From NCBI GenBank assembly GCA_964343135.1, contig CAYFGR010000001.1, positions 1 through 44,943 of the forward strand: a DNA stretch of 44,943 nt, given 5' to 3'. Position numbers and translations under genes: made by a program. Source of the DNA: an uncultured Dehalococcoidales bacterium. Lineage in GTDB: Bacteria > Chloroflexota > Dehalococcoidia > Dehalococcoidales > JAUYDJ01. Shown piece by piece: positions 16,825-25,561 of this stretch. Positions within the stretch are counted from its first letter, which is position 1. Every line of letters starts with the position of its first letter. The notes below the pieces were generated by a model. The model was not told where the DNA came from. It was given only the letters and a program-made list of their open reading frames with translations, and searched no databases.

Positions 16825-17547
16825 ATGGCAAGTTTTATAATGTGGCTAATGGCTGCCTACCTGTTAGGTTCGGTGTCGATTGCCTATTTGATTGCCCGGT
16901 TGTCTCGGGGTATTGACCTCCGTCAATATGGCAGCGGTAATGTGGGCGCGGCCAATTTGTTGAAATCAACTTCCAAGTGGTTAACCCTGCCGGTAATACT
17001 CTTCGACTGTGGTAAGGGGGTGCTGGTGGTGGGTGTGGCTACGCTGCTGGGGATGGATATTGCCCAGCAGGTGGCGATGGGCTTAGCCGCTATTATCGGG
17101 CATAACTGGCCCGTCTTTCTCCGCTTTAGCGGGGGCAGGGGAAATCTAACCACTCTGGGAGTGGCTATTATGCTGCCGTTAGTAAATTATCTATTTCCCT
17201 GGTCAGCCACAGCGGCGCTAACGCTGGCGGCAATTGGCGCCTTTATTATTCATGATACCGCAGTGGGTGCGGGCGCTGGAATCACCTCGTTACCTCTGGT
17301 TAGCTGGGCCGTTGGTGAGCCGTTCCCCATTACCCTGGGGTTTTTGGTTATATTTCTGATAATATTCATCAGACGGCTAACGGTGCGGCAAACCTCGGTT
17401 ACGGTCTCGGTCAGCCGGGGACATCTATTTATCAATCGGCTGATTTTTGACCGGGATATAAGGGACCGGGAAGCCTGGTTACGCCGTAAACCTCTTATCG
17501 GTACCCCAGGCGGACAACCTTCCGGATTGCGGAAACACCGAAATTGA
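16825..17547 (+). CDS. plsY: Glycerol-3-phosphate acyltransferase PlsY, with a roughly 45-aa basic C-terminal extension
   Basis: 240-aa ORF with PlsY signature YGSGNVGAANLLKS and HNWPVFLRFSGGRG. Multiple TM segments. Confidence 0.9.
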   Translation: MASFIMWLMAAYLLGSVSIAYLIARLSRGIDLRQYGSGNVGAANLLKSTSKWLTLPVILFDCGKGVLVVGVATLLGMDIAQQVAMGLAAIIGHNWPVFLRFSGGRGNLTTLGVAIMLPLVNYLFPWSATAALTLAAIGAFIIHDTAVGAGAGITSLPLVSWAVGEPFPITLGFLVIFLIIFIRRLTVRQTSVTVSVSRGHLFINRLIFDRDIRDREAWLRRKPLIGTPGGQPSGLRKHRN

Positions 17548-18026
17548 TTACAATGAGATGTGCGGCTCACCCCGATATTGAAACTAATCTAAAGTGCAGC
17601 AAGTGTGGCAAGTCAATATGTCCCAAATGTATGGTGCAGACGCCAGTTGGCGCCCGCTGTCAAGACTGCGCTCAATTACGCAGACTGCCCACATACAAGG
17701 TTTCAACTGGCTTTTATTTCAGGGCAGTGGGTACCGGATTGGTTATGTCCGTGGTTTGCGGCGTTCTCTGGGGAGCCATTGGTTTTTTTGTCTTTTTTCT
17801 GTACTTGAATTTGTTACTGGCGCCCGGCTTTGGTTATGTTATCGCAGAAGTAATTGGCTTTTCGGTGAATCGTAAACGTGGTTTCGGACTGGCGGTTATT
17901 GCCGGTATCGCCCTGGTTGTTAGCTATCTGGTCAGTATCATGGTACCGTGGGGGCTTAATTTCCGGCTTTTTGATTTGCTGGCGGTGCCTCTGGGGACTC
18001 TAGTGACGGTTACCCGTTTGCGGTGA
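17544..18026 (+). CDS. B-box-type zinc-finger membrane protein (unknown function)
   Basis: 160-aa ORF. N-terminal Cys/His-rich module (CAAHPDIETNLKCSKCGKSICPKCMVQTPVGARCQDC) is followed by about 4 hydrophobic helices. TTG 17544 overlaps the plsY stop (TTGA). ATG 17553 is an alternative start. Confidence 0.6.
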   Translation: MITMRCAAHPDIETNLKCSKCGKSICPKCMVQTPVGARCQDCAQLRRLPTYKVSTGFYFRAVGTGLVMSVVCGVLWGAIGFFVFFLYLNLLLAPGFGYVIAEVIGFSVNRKRGFGLAVIAGIALVVSYLVSIMVPWGLNFRLFDLLAVPLGTLVTVTRLR

Positions 18027-18081
18027 AGCTCGTGGTGGTGCTGTCGAAGCGGGGCGACAAACTTTAGTTGGGAGGTAATTA

Positions 18082-20145
18082 ATGTCGGCAACCAGTATTT
18101 CGTACTTGGGTATTTCAGGATACGTGCTTTTCTGGGGCATAACCGCTCTGGCTGTGGGGTTGTTTCTGTACCGGATGTATCAGTTGGTTCGCTATATGTT
18201 CCTGGGGCAGAAAGAGTGGGATTTCAGGCATATTGTGGGGCGGGTTGTTTATACCGTATGGGTGGTCCTTACGCAGTGGTGCCAGTTAAAAAACTTGACG
18301 TTTAAGGACCGGGCGAGCATCGGTCATGCTTTTATGTTCTGGGGCTTTGCTACCTTTGTCTTTTTCTATTTCGTGTTTATCATAGTTAGCGCCGGCTTTG
18401 GTCTTTCCGAAACGCTGGAGCATACCAGTTTTTTCTTCTACTATGCCTGGGTAATGGACATTATGGCGGTGCTGGTGATGACGGGTGCGGCCTGGGGCAT
18501 TATCCGGCGCTACATCGTAAGACCGGAAAGACTGGCCGGTGAACGAACCGTTGAAGCGATGGTTATCCTGCTGACGGTGCTGCTTCATCCGCTGACCCAT
18601 CTTTTTAAGGAAGCTACCAGTATTGCGCTGGGTCATCCGCCGGTAGGACTGGGTGCGGTACTGCCTCCGGTAAGTACGGCTCTCAGTAATATCTTCGGAG
18701 GGAGTTCCATAGCTACCGTTGAGTCAGCCAGCATCTGGTTCTTCTGGGCGCACTGGCTCACCGTGCTCTTTGTCCTGGTCTTTATCGCTTATTCAAGATA
18801 CCTTCATATACTGGTGTCCTTATTTAATATACTTTTCAAATCACCGCTTCCCCGAGGCGCCCTGAAAACGATTGATTTTGAGGTTGCGGAGACGCTGGGC
18901 GCGTCCCGGATAACTGATCTTAGCTGGAAGCAGATTCTGGACCTGTATACCTGTGTGACGTGTAATAATTGTCAGGAAAACTGTCCGGCGACGGCCAGTG
19001 GCAAGCCGCTTAACCCCCGGAAAATAATTCAGGATCTGAAGAACCGGTTACTTGAGGTTGGGCCTAAACTGCTCAAGGCCAAGGACGAGGCGGAAACCGC
19101 CGCAGTCAATCCAGAAAATTCCATTGCCGGTAATGTCCTGGCGGAGGATGAAATCTGGGCGTGCACTACCTGTCGTGCCTGTGATGAAGTGTGTCCCCTC
19201 TGGGTTGAGCATATCGATAAGATTGTTGATGTCAGGCGGAACTTGGTGATGGAACAATCTCTGATCCCCGAAACGGCGGAGGTGGCGTTACGGAGCATTG
19301 AGGACCGGGGGCATCCGTGGCGCGGCACGACGGCAACCAGAACGGATTGGGCGGAAGGACTGGATATTAAAATTCTGTCTGCGGATAGTGATGTGGAGGT
19401 ACTTTTTTGGGTTGGCTGTACTTCAGCGCTTGAGGATAGAAGCACCCGGATTGCCCGTTCAGTAGCTAAATTGATGAAGCTGGCGGGTGTTAACTTCGGT
19501 ATCCTGGGCGTAGAGGAGAGTTGCTGTGGCGACCCGGCGCGCCGGCTGGGTAATGAGTATCTGTTCCAGATGCAGGCAGCGAAGAATATTGAGACTTTCG
19601 AGCGTTATAATATACAGAAGATAGTTACCGCCTGTCCTCATTGCTACCATGACCTGAAAAACGAGTATCCTCAGTTCGGGGGCGATGTTCCGGTATTTCA
19701 CCATACTGAATTCCTGGCTGGCCTGCTTAAGGAAAACAAGCTAAAGATTGTGAAAGGTGCCAAAGGAACGGTAACCTATCATGATTCTTGCTATCTGGGA
19801 AGATATAACAATATTTATCAGTCGCCAAGGGAAGTACTGAGTCACATCCCTGATTTATCACTCGTTGAGATGACGGATAACCACCGCCGCGGTTTCTGCT
19901 GCGGTGGCGGTGGTGGCCGGATGTGGCTGGAAGAACGCATTGGACAGAGAATAAGTGAGATACGAACCGAGCAGGCGATGGCGACGGGAACCCACATAAT
20001 CACTACGGCTTGCCCTTACTGCCTGCAGATGTTTGATGACGCCATCAGGGCAAAAGATGCAGAAGAGTCACTCCAGGCGATGGACGTTGCCGAGTTGTTG
20101 GCCAAGTCGGCGATATACCGTCCTTATTCTTCACCGGATAGTTAG
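18082..20145 (+). CDS. Fused membrane (cytochrome-b/NarI-DsrM-like) and HdrD/DsrK-like Fe-S oxidoreductase with two CCG domains
   Basis: 687-aa ORF. The first ~260 aa are hydrophobic with conserved His. Then come two ferredoxin motifs (CVTCNNCQENCP, CTTCRACDEVCP) and two cysteine-rich CCG-type regions (ESCCGDP..., GFCCGGGGG...TACPYC). GGGAGG RBS. Confidence 0.8.
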   Translation: MSATSISYLGISGYVLFWGITALAVGLFLYRMYQLVRYMFLGQKEWDFRHIVGRVVYTVWVVLTQWCQLKNLTFKDRASIGHAFMFWGFATFVFFYFVFIIVSAGFGLSETLEHTSFFFYYAWVMDIMAVLVMTGAAWGIIRRYIVRPERLAGERTVEAMVILLTVLLHPLTHLFKEATSIALGHPPVGLGAVLPPVSTALSNIFGGSSIATVESASIWFFWAHWLTVLFVLVFIAYSRYLHILVSLFNILFKSPLPRGALKTIDFEVAETLGASRITDLSWKQILDLYTCVTCNNCQENCPATASGKPLNPRKIIQDLKNRLLEVGPKLLKAKDEAETAAVNPENSIAGNVLAEDEIWACTTCRACDEVCPLWVEHIDKIVDVRRNLVMEQSLIPETAEVALRSIEDRGHPWRGTTATRTDWAEGLDIKILSADSDVEVLFWVGCTSALEDRSTRIARSVAKLMKLAGVNFGILGVEESCCGDPARRLGNEYLFQMQAAKNIETFERYNIQKIVTACPHCYHDLKNEYPQFGGDVPVFHHTEFLAGLLKENKLKIVKGAKGTVTYHDSCYLGRYNNIYQSPREVLSHIPDLSLVEMTDNHRRGFCCGGGGGRMWLEERIGQRISEIRTEQAMATGTHIITTACPYCLQMFDDAIRAKDAEESLQAMDVAELLAKSAIYRPYSSPDS

Positions 20146-20281
20146 CGTTACCCGGTGGATTAGGTTTGACGGCACAGGCTGGGATGCAGTAACCTGATAC
20201 GGGCCGGACTCACCGGGTATTTATGCCGATGTTTATCCCGTGACCAGGTCCGGACGGCCAGTAATTTGAGGGAGGAGTCTC

Positions 20282-21469
20282 ATGCGGAAAGTAGCCGTAG
20301 TTGGTGTTGGCGAGACGAGGTTCAGTGGTGCTCAGGATAAGACGCAGGTTGAGCTATTTGCTGAAGCTGCTATGGACGCCCTTAGTGAGTCGAATTTAAA
20401 ACCAAAGAACATTCAGGCTTTATTTCTGGGTAATGCGCTGGGGGATTTTTCCGAGGGACAAGGCATGGTACAGTCGTTCGCTGCCGAGAATATCGGTGCC
20501 TTCAACATACCGGCGAATCGCTATGAGGGAGCCTGTGCCTCAGCCAGTGTAGCGGTCAGGGATGCCTTTATGTGGGTCGCCTCCGGGTTCTATGATATTG
20601 TGCTGACGGGTGGGGTAGAGCGGGCGGCGACTATGGGCACCGGGCTCGCCACGCGCACCTTTGCCATGTTCAGTGACGCTCGTTACGAGTATCCGTCCGG
20701 GATTACCTTCCCGGCAGTTTTTGCCATGCTGACGCATCTTTACTCGGTAAAGTACGGAATTCCCCTGGCTAAGCTTAGGGAACAGTTGGCAGCGGTGTCA
20801 ATCCAGTCCTATAAACACGGGAACATCAATCCCAAAGCCCATTTTAGCGGTAAATATGGTAATATGCCCATGGAGAAGGTGCTTAACAGTTTTGTGGTAT
20901 CCACGCCGCTCACCCTGCATGATTGCTGTCCGTTCTCAGATGGTGCGGCGGCTATCGTCCTAACGACAGAAGAGATAGCCAGAAAACTAACGAATAAGCC
21001 GGTATATATGATCGGCGCCGGTCAGGCTTCGTCCGGCCCTCTGTCCAACCAGCACGAATATCTGCCGCGGATTAGGGCCAGAGAAATAGCTGCTCAGCGG
21101 GCTTATGATATGGCGGGGCTGACGCCTCAGGACATAGATATCTGTGAGCTTCATGATTGTTTCAGTATTGCTAGTTTGATTGCCGCGGAAAGTCTCGGTT
21201 TTTTTGATTATGGTACTTCAGGCGAGGCGTGGGTGAAGGGTGAAGCGGATATTGGCGGTAAGGTGGTGATTAATCCCTCCGGCGGCTTGAAATCCAAGGG
21301 GCATCCAATAGGCGCCACCGGCGCCGGTCAGGTGTACGAAGTAACCAGACAGCTCAGGGGTGAGGTGGAAAGCGGACGGCAGGTGGAAGGGGCTAGGACG
21401 GGAATGACGGATACGCTGGGCGGTGACGGCAGTACGCTGGTTAATCTGATTCTGCAACGCGGCTGGTAA
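20282..21469 (+). CDS. Thiolase-superfamily protein (SCP-x / archaeal-type acetyl-CoA acetyltransferase-like)
   Basis: 395-aa ORF, VAVVGVGETRF... with nucleophile-Cys context YEGACASASVAV and a C-terminal GGLKSKGHPIGATG block. GGGAGGAG RBS. Confidence 0.85.
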   Translation: MRKVAVVGVGETRFSGAQDKTQVELFAEAAMDALSESNLKPKNIQALFLGNALGDFSEGQGMVQSFAAENIGAFNIPANRYEGACASASVAVRDAFMWVASGFYDIVLTGGVERAATMGTGLATRTFAMFSDARYEYPSGITFPAVFAMLTHLYSVKYGIPLAKLREQLAAVSIQSYKHGNINPKAHFSGKYGNMPMEKVLNSFVVSTPLTLHDCCPFSDGAAAIVLTTEEIARKLTNKPVYMIGAGQASSGPLSNQHEYLPRIRAREIAAQRAYDMAGLTPQDIDICELHDCFSIASLIAAESLGFFDYGTSGEAWVKGEADIGGKVVINPSGGLKSKGHPIGATGAGQVYEVTRQLRGEVESGRQVEGARTGMTDTLGGDGSTLVNLILQRGW

Positions 21470-21500
21470 CGGGATTATCCTGATTGTTAGGAGGCAAGAA

Positions 21501-21911
21501 GTGGAATATAAGCTTATTTTTAAAGATTATAGCGAAGCGCTGAAACAGGATAAACTGCTGGGTTTGAAATGTAATGAGTGTGGTGCAGTTATCGTGCCAC
21601 CGAAGATGGTCTGTTTGGCATGTGGCAGCCCGAATTTGGATATTGTTGAGCTTGGCGGCCGGGGTGAAATTCAGACTTTCACGGTGGTAAACGTGGCTGC
21701 CGAGGGGCGTGAAGATGAGGTTCCTTACATTATCGTTATGGTGAAGCTGGATGAGGGACCCTGGATAATGGGTAATCTCACCGGTATTGACCCGGGTGAA
21801 GTCACTATGGAAATAATTGGCAAACGAGTTAAGATGGGACATAAGGTATTTGGTGGCGATAAGTACTCCACCGGTGAAGGTGCGAGTCCTCTCTTTAGCT
21901 TTGAAAATTAG
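21501..21911 (+). CDS. DUF35 Zn-ribbon/OB-fold protein (thiolase partner)
   Basis: 136-aa ORF with rubredoxin-like CNECG...CLACG followed by an OB-fold-like segment. GTG start with AGGAGG RBS, 31 nt after the thiolase stop. This is the canonical thiolase-DUF35 pairing. Confidence 0.8.
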   Translation: MEYKLIFKDYSEALKQDKLLGLKCNECGAVIVPPKMVCLACGSPNLDIVELGGRGEIQTFTVVNVAAEGREDEVPYIIVMVKLDEGPWIMGNLTGIDPGEVTMEIIGKRVKMGHKVFGGDKYSTGEGASPLFSFEN

Positions 21912-22025
21912 GTACTGGATTCATTTTCAATCCCGCGTATGAGTCTGGCAGTAGCTTCAATGTTGCCGGTGGGCATTGTTGATTTCAAGTAATGGGATGC
22001 ATTTTGGTCTAACCTGCTGGTAGGG

Positions 22026-22826
22026 TCAACTGCCAATTTTGTCTATCATCTGTTTTAACATCCGGGACATGGTTTCACCGGCGCTGGCTCTAATCACTAC
22101 GGTAGCCTGCTTGTCCATAGGAGTGGGACTGAGATTGATGATAACCAAACTGGCGCCCGACTCAACCGCATAGACAGGGATATAAGCGGCGGGGTAGACG
22201 ACCAGCGTTGAGCCAATGACCAGAAGTAGGTCACAGTTCTGCGAGCGGCGGGCAGCCTCTTCCAGTACCCCGTCGGGTAAAGACTCCCCGAAGAATACCA
22301 CGCCTGGTTTCAAGAGACCATGGCAAGCTTCACAATCCGGAACCGTCTCACTGACGTCAAGTCTGGTTTTAACCTGTTCAAAGGGATAACGCTTACCACA
22401 ACTCAAACATACCGCCCACTGCATGTTGCCGTGAAGCTCCAGCACCCGGCCGTTAGGTAAGCCGGCTTTCTGGTGCAGGTTATCCATATTTTGGGTAATG
22501 ACACAGTCCAGTTTGCCCAGACGGTCAAGTTCAGCAATAGCGTAGTGTGTCTGATTTGGCTCAGCCTCGGTGGTTAGCCCGCTGCCGTGAAGCATCTGCC
22601 AGTGCTTCCGCCTGGCTTCGGGGTCGGTAAGAAACTTCTGGTAGGCGAAATCGTCAGGGTCAAAGCGTTCCCAGACGCCACCCGGGCCGCGAAAATCAGG
22701 AATTCCTGACTCGGTACTGATGCCGGTGCCGGTAAAAACCACTATTCTTTCCGAGTTTATAATTAAATCGGCCAGTTCTTGAGCGAGGCTATTTAATTCC
22801 GTATCGTTAAATGGTCTCTTCCCCAT
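22026..22826 (-). CDS. NAD-dependent protein deacylase (Sir2 family)
   Basis: 266-aa ORF with [27 protein letters not shown] and Zn-ribbon CLSCG...CEAC motifs. Confidence 0.9.
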   Translation of the reverse strand: MGKRPFNDTELNSLAQELADLIINSERIVVFTGTGISTESGIPDFRGPGGVWERFDPDDFAYQKFLTDPEARRKHWQMLHGSGLTTEAEPNQTHYAIAELDRLGKLDCVITQNMDNLHQKAGLPNGRVLELHGNMQWAVCLSCGKRYPFEQVKTRLDVSETVPDCEACHGLLKPGVVFFGESLPDGVLEEAARRSQNCDLLLVIGSTLVVYPAAYIPVYAVESGASLVIINLSPTPMDKQATVVIRASAGETMSRMLKQMIDKIGS

Positions 22827-22955
22827 AAAAATCCCAGGTCAATATTAACTGGCCTCGCTAATCAGCGTCAAGAGGGGGAGTGTCTGTTAGCGTCATCCTA
22901 TTTTGAACACCCAATATATTGAAATAGGGGCCGGGGTGAAAGTTTTCAGGCAATC

Positions 22956-23619
22956 TCGGTATAGGACTGGCACCGGTTATTGAGGCAGCATGATGAACAA
23001 AGCGGTGACTTGCGGCAGACATCCTTCGCCAGGCAGACGAGCAGGGCGTGATATTCGTGAATAGCCGGGAATCGTCTGGTAAATTATCCGTGAAAAAGGT
23101 TTGATACGAGAGATAACGATTGCTATCCGGATAGAGACCTATACGATTTAGAATGCGGCGGGTGTACGCATCAATGACGAATGAGGGTTTGCCGGCGGCA
23201 TACAGGATGATAGAATCAGCCGTCTCCTCGCCGATGCCATAGATAGCCAATAGTTGTTGGCGCAGGGGGTCAATATTACGGGCGAACAGCCGGTTGAGGT
23301 CGTCCTGGTAGTGTTTTTCGAGCCAATCGGCGAAAGCCTTGAGTTTTAACGCCTTGGCGTTGTAGTAGCCACAGGGGCGGATAAGCGTAGCGAGTTCAGA
23401 GATACTTAGCCGGCGCAGTGCTTTTGGTGACAATACGTCGGCTGCCCTTAGATTGGCGATGGCTTTCTCGACATTACGCCAGGCGGCTGATTGGGTAAGT
23501 ATGGCGCCAATGATTACTTCAAAGGATTCTCGCGCGGGCCACCAATGCTGGGGCCCGTAGTGAGCCATAAGCTGCTGGTAGATGTTTCGCAACGCCTGGC
23601 TTAATGGCTGACTTTCCAC
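22956..23619 (-). pseudogene. Endonuclease III-related HhH-GPD protein with a 1-nt deletion frameshift near 23056..23061
   Basis: The track ORF 22858..23619 reads ...DDSRLFTNITPCSSAWRR... (nonsense tail). Shifting one base after CTATTC gives (N)EYHALLVCLAKDVCRKSPLCSSCCLNNRCQSYTEIA-stop (TGA at 22958..22956). This is the expected FNEYHAL...C-x-C-rich C-terminus of this family. Confidence 0.8.
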
Positions 23620-24056
23620 GGAGGCACCCTGGCATTGTTTACTGAATCATCTCCCGGGATATTGGGTTTGATATCAATGACCGGCGTACCGTCGATGGCA
23701 TCAAGTCCTTGCACCCGCAGCCGGTTACCCTGACGCTGGAGTGACCTGATGTTGGTTTTGCCTATCGGATTCGGTCTATGTGGCGACCGTGTGGCAAAAA
23801 GCCCCACCAGGGGAAGCTCCGGTTTGCCTCTGGGGTGTACTTTTATTGCCACTTGCCCGTCAGAAGGTAGTTGATTAAAGCAGTAAAGTACTATGATGTG
23901 AGAAAACTCATCCAAATTATTCAGAGCTTCAGTAAGGCTACTATCAATCACAATATCGGAAACAATATCTTTCCAGGCATAGCCAGCGCCCGGTGGCTGC
24001 TTAATTTTATTCCTGACAATACCAATGGCTTTAAAGCCGGGCAATTCATTGGCCAT
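23601..24056 (-). CDS. trmO: tRNA (t6A37) methyltransferase TrmO / TsaA-YaeB family
   Basis: 151-aa ORF, AIGIVRN...FSHIIVLYCF...RSPHRPNPIG...IDGTPVIDIKP, typical of the TsaA-like beta-barrel family. Its 3' end overlaps the start of the EndoIII-like gene by 19 nt. Confidence 0.75.
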   Translation of the reverse strand: MANELPGFKAIGIVRNKIKQPPGAGYAWKDIVSDIVIDSSLTEALNNLDEFSHIIVLYCFNQLPSDGQVAIKVHPRGKPELPLVGLFATRSPHRPNPIGKTNIRSLQRQGNRLRVQGLDAIDGTPVIDIKPNIPGDDSVNNARVPPWKVSH

Positions 24057-24146
24057 GTTGACTCCTTATTTTTAGTGTCTCCTTATATATTATATAAAAA
24101 GAGGCGGCTTTTCCGGGTAGTCACCTGGCTATTGGCAATAGTATAT

Positions 24147-25385
24147 TTAATCCAGCGGCTTAAGGGTTAACAACTTCTTGGCAATCTTCGGATATTTGGC
24201 GATAAACAGTAGCTCGTCTTCAACGAGGGGCTTTTGCGATTCTACATTGGCGTATCTCACCAGTTCCAGAATCTCATTTGCCTCTTCCCGGGTCTTAAAT
24301 GGTATTTCCATCTTACCCATTATATGGCTGAAGCCGGAAATCCCACTGTACTGCCCGGCAATAATCTCTCTTCCCGTCTCGACAAACTTCGGTTTACCTC
24401 TGCCCAGCTCTCTGTAGCTGTATAGCTCGTAGTTTTCCGGGTCCTTTAAAACGCCGTCGGCGTGTATCCCGGAGGCATGAGCAAAGGCGTTGGCCCCGAC
24501 CCCCGGCTGGATTATCGGAATTGGGACGTCAAAAGCATAGCTGGCAAATTCGGCTATTTTGGCGGCTCGGGTTAACTTTACGGGATGTGCCAGTTGATAT
24601 TTCTCAATGAATCCCTTTGATTTGGTAACGGCGAGAACGGTTGCCACCAGGTCGGCATTTCCGGCTCTTTCCCCGATGCCATTAATGGTGGTGTTAATAT
24701 AGGCGTCTTGTCCACCGTCAATGGCTCCTCGGGCGCCGGCAATCGAATTGGCGACCGCCATTCCCAAATCGCCGTGGCAGTGTACCTCAATCGGCATGCC
24801 GGTCTTTTCCGCCAGCGTTTTGATGGTGTCATAGACTGAGAAAGGGTTGTCATAACCCAGGGTGTCACAGTACCGGAGTCGGTCGGCGCCATGTTTCCGG
24901 GCGGCAAGCCCGAATTGAATGAGGAAATCCAGGTCAGTCCGGGAGGCATCTTCCGCATTGACCCCGATGGTTTCCGCACCCAGAGACCGGGCGGCGTCAA
25001 CTGCCTTGGCCATATCGTTTATAATATCATTCCTCGTCTTCCTCCCCTGGAACTTGCCGTTAATCATCTGGTCGGAAGTGGATATGGAAAGATTGAGATG
25101 CCGGATATTCGGCACCCGCTGGAAAGCGGTCTCAACATCGTTAGTAATGGCTCTAATCCAGCCTTCTAAACGAATGGGTTTCAGGACGCCTACTTCAGCC
25201 AGTTCCAGATTGGCATTCAGGTAGAGGGTTTCGTGTTTGGTGGTGGGGAAACCAAACTCGGACTGGAAGATACCCATATCGTTCAGGTACTTGTTTATCA
25301 GTGTTTTCTCAAGTTTGGATAAGCCGAGTTTGGCGGTTTGAACTCCGTCCCGATTGGTTACGTCGATAAAAAAAATCTTAGGCAT
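24147..25385 (-). CDS. Homocitrate synthase / isopropylmalate synthase family (HMGL-like) enzyme; candidate Re-face citrate synthase
   Basis: 412-aa ORF, IDVTNRDGVQT...HCHGDLGMAVANSIAG...INGIGERAGNADL, the DRE-TIM metallolyase signature. It lacks the LeuA C-terminal regulatory domain. The Re-citrate synthase suggestion rests on remembered similarity to Clostridium/Dehalococcoides enzymes. Confidence 0.7.
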   Translation of the reverse strand: MPKIFFIDVTNRDGVQTAKLGLSKLEKTLINKYLNDMGIFQSEFGFPTTKHETLYLNANLELAEVGVLKPIRLEGWIRAITNDVETAFQRVPNIRHLNLSISTSDQMINGKFQGRKTRNDIINDMAKAVDAARSLGAETIGVNAEDASRTDLDFLIQFGLAARKHGADRLRYCDTLGYDNPFSVYDTIKTLAEKTGMPIEVHCHGDLGMAVANSIAGARGAIDGGQDAYINTTINGIGERAGNADLVATVLAVTKSKGFIEKYQLAHPVKLTRAAKIAEFASYAFDVPIPIIQPGVGANAFAHASGIHADGVLKDPENYELYSYRELGRGKPKFVETGREIIAGQYSGISGFSHIMGKMEIPFKTREEANEILELVRYANVESQKPLVEDELLFIAKYPKIAKKLLTLKPLD

Positions 25386-25442
25386 CTAATTTAACTCCTG
25401 AAAGTTGTGAAGGCAAATGTTGGATGTTAATAGTTCTGTTTA

Positions 25443-25471
25443 ATGGTAACATATGCCAACCTGCGTTACAA
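25443..25471 (-). promoter_or_regulatory. Weak promoter candidate for the homocitrate-synthase-family gene: TTGTAA-17-TACCAT (TG extended -10)
   Basis: The minus strand reads TTGTAAcgcaggttggcataTGtTACCAT, about 57 nt upstream of ATG 25385. Confidence 0.3.
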
Positions 25472-25561
25472 GAATTTATGCCCGTTTGAGTGCCACCATG
25501 GGATATCATATGCTACAATAGGCCTGTAATATCTCTGCATTCAGGGTGTTTAGGTAAAGTT

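Noticed and set aside
22026-22826. Sir2-domain gene considered as a possible defence-system (Thoeris/DSR/SIR2-HerA-like) component.
   Set aside because: The sequence has the full housekeeping sirtuin catalytic and Zn-ribbon motifs and normal length. It sits in an operon with TrmO and a DNA glycosylase-like gene. No partner genes typical of defence systems are present.
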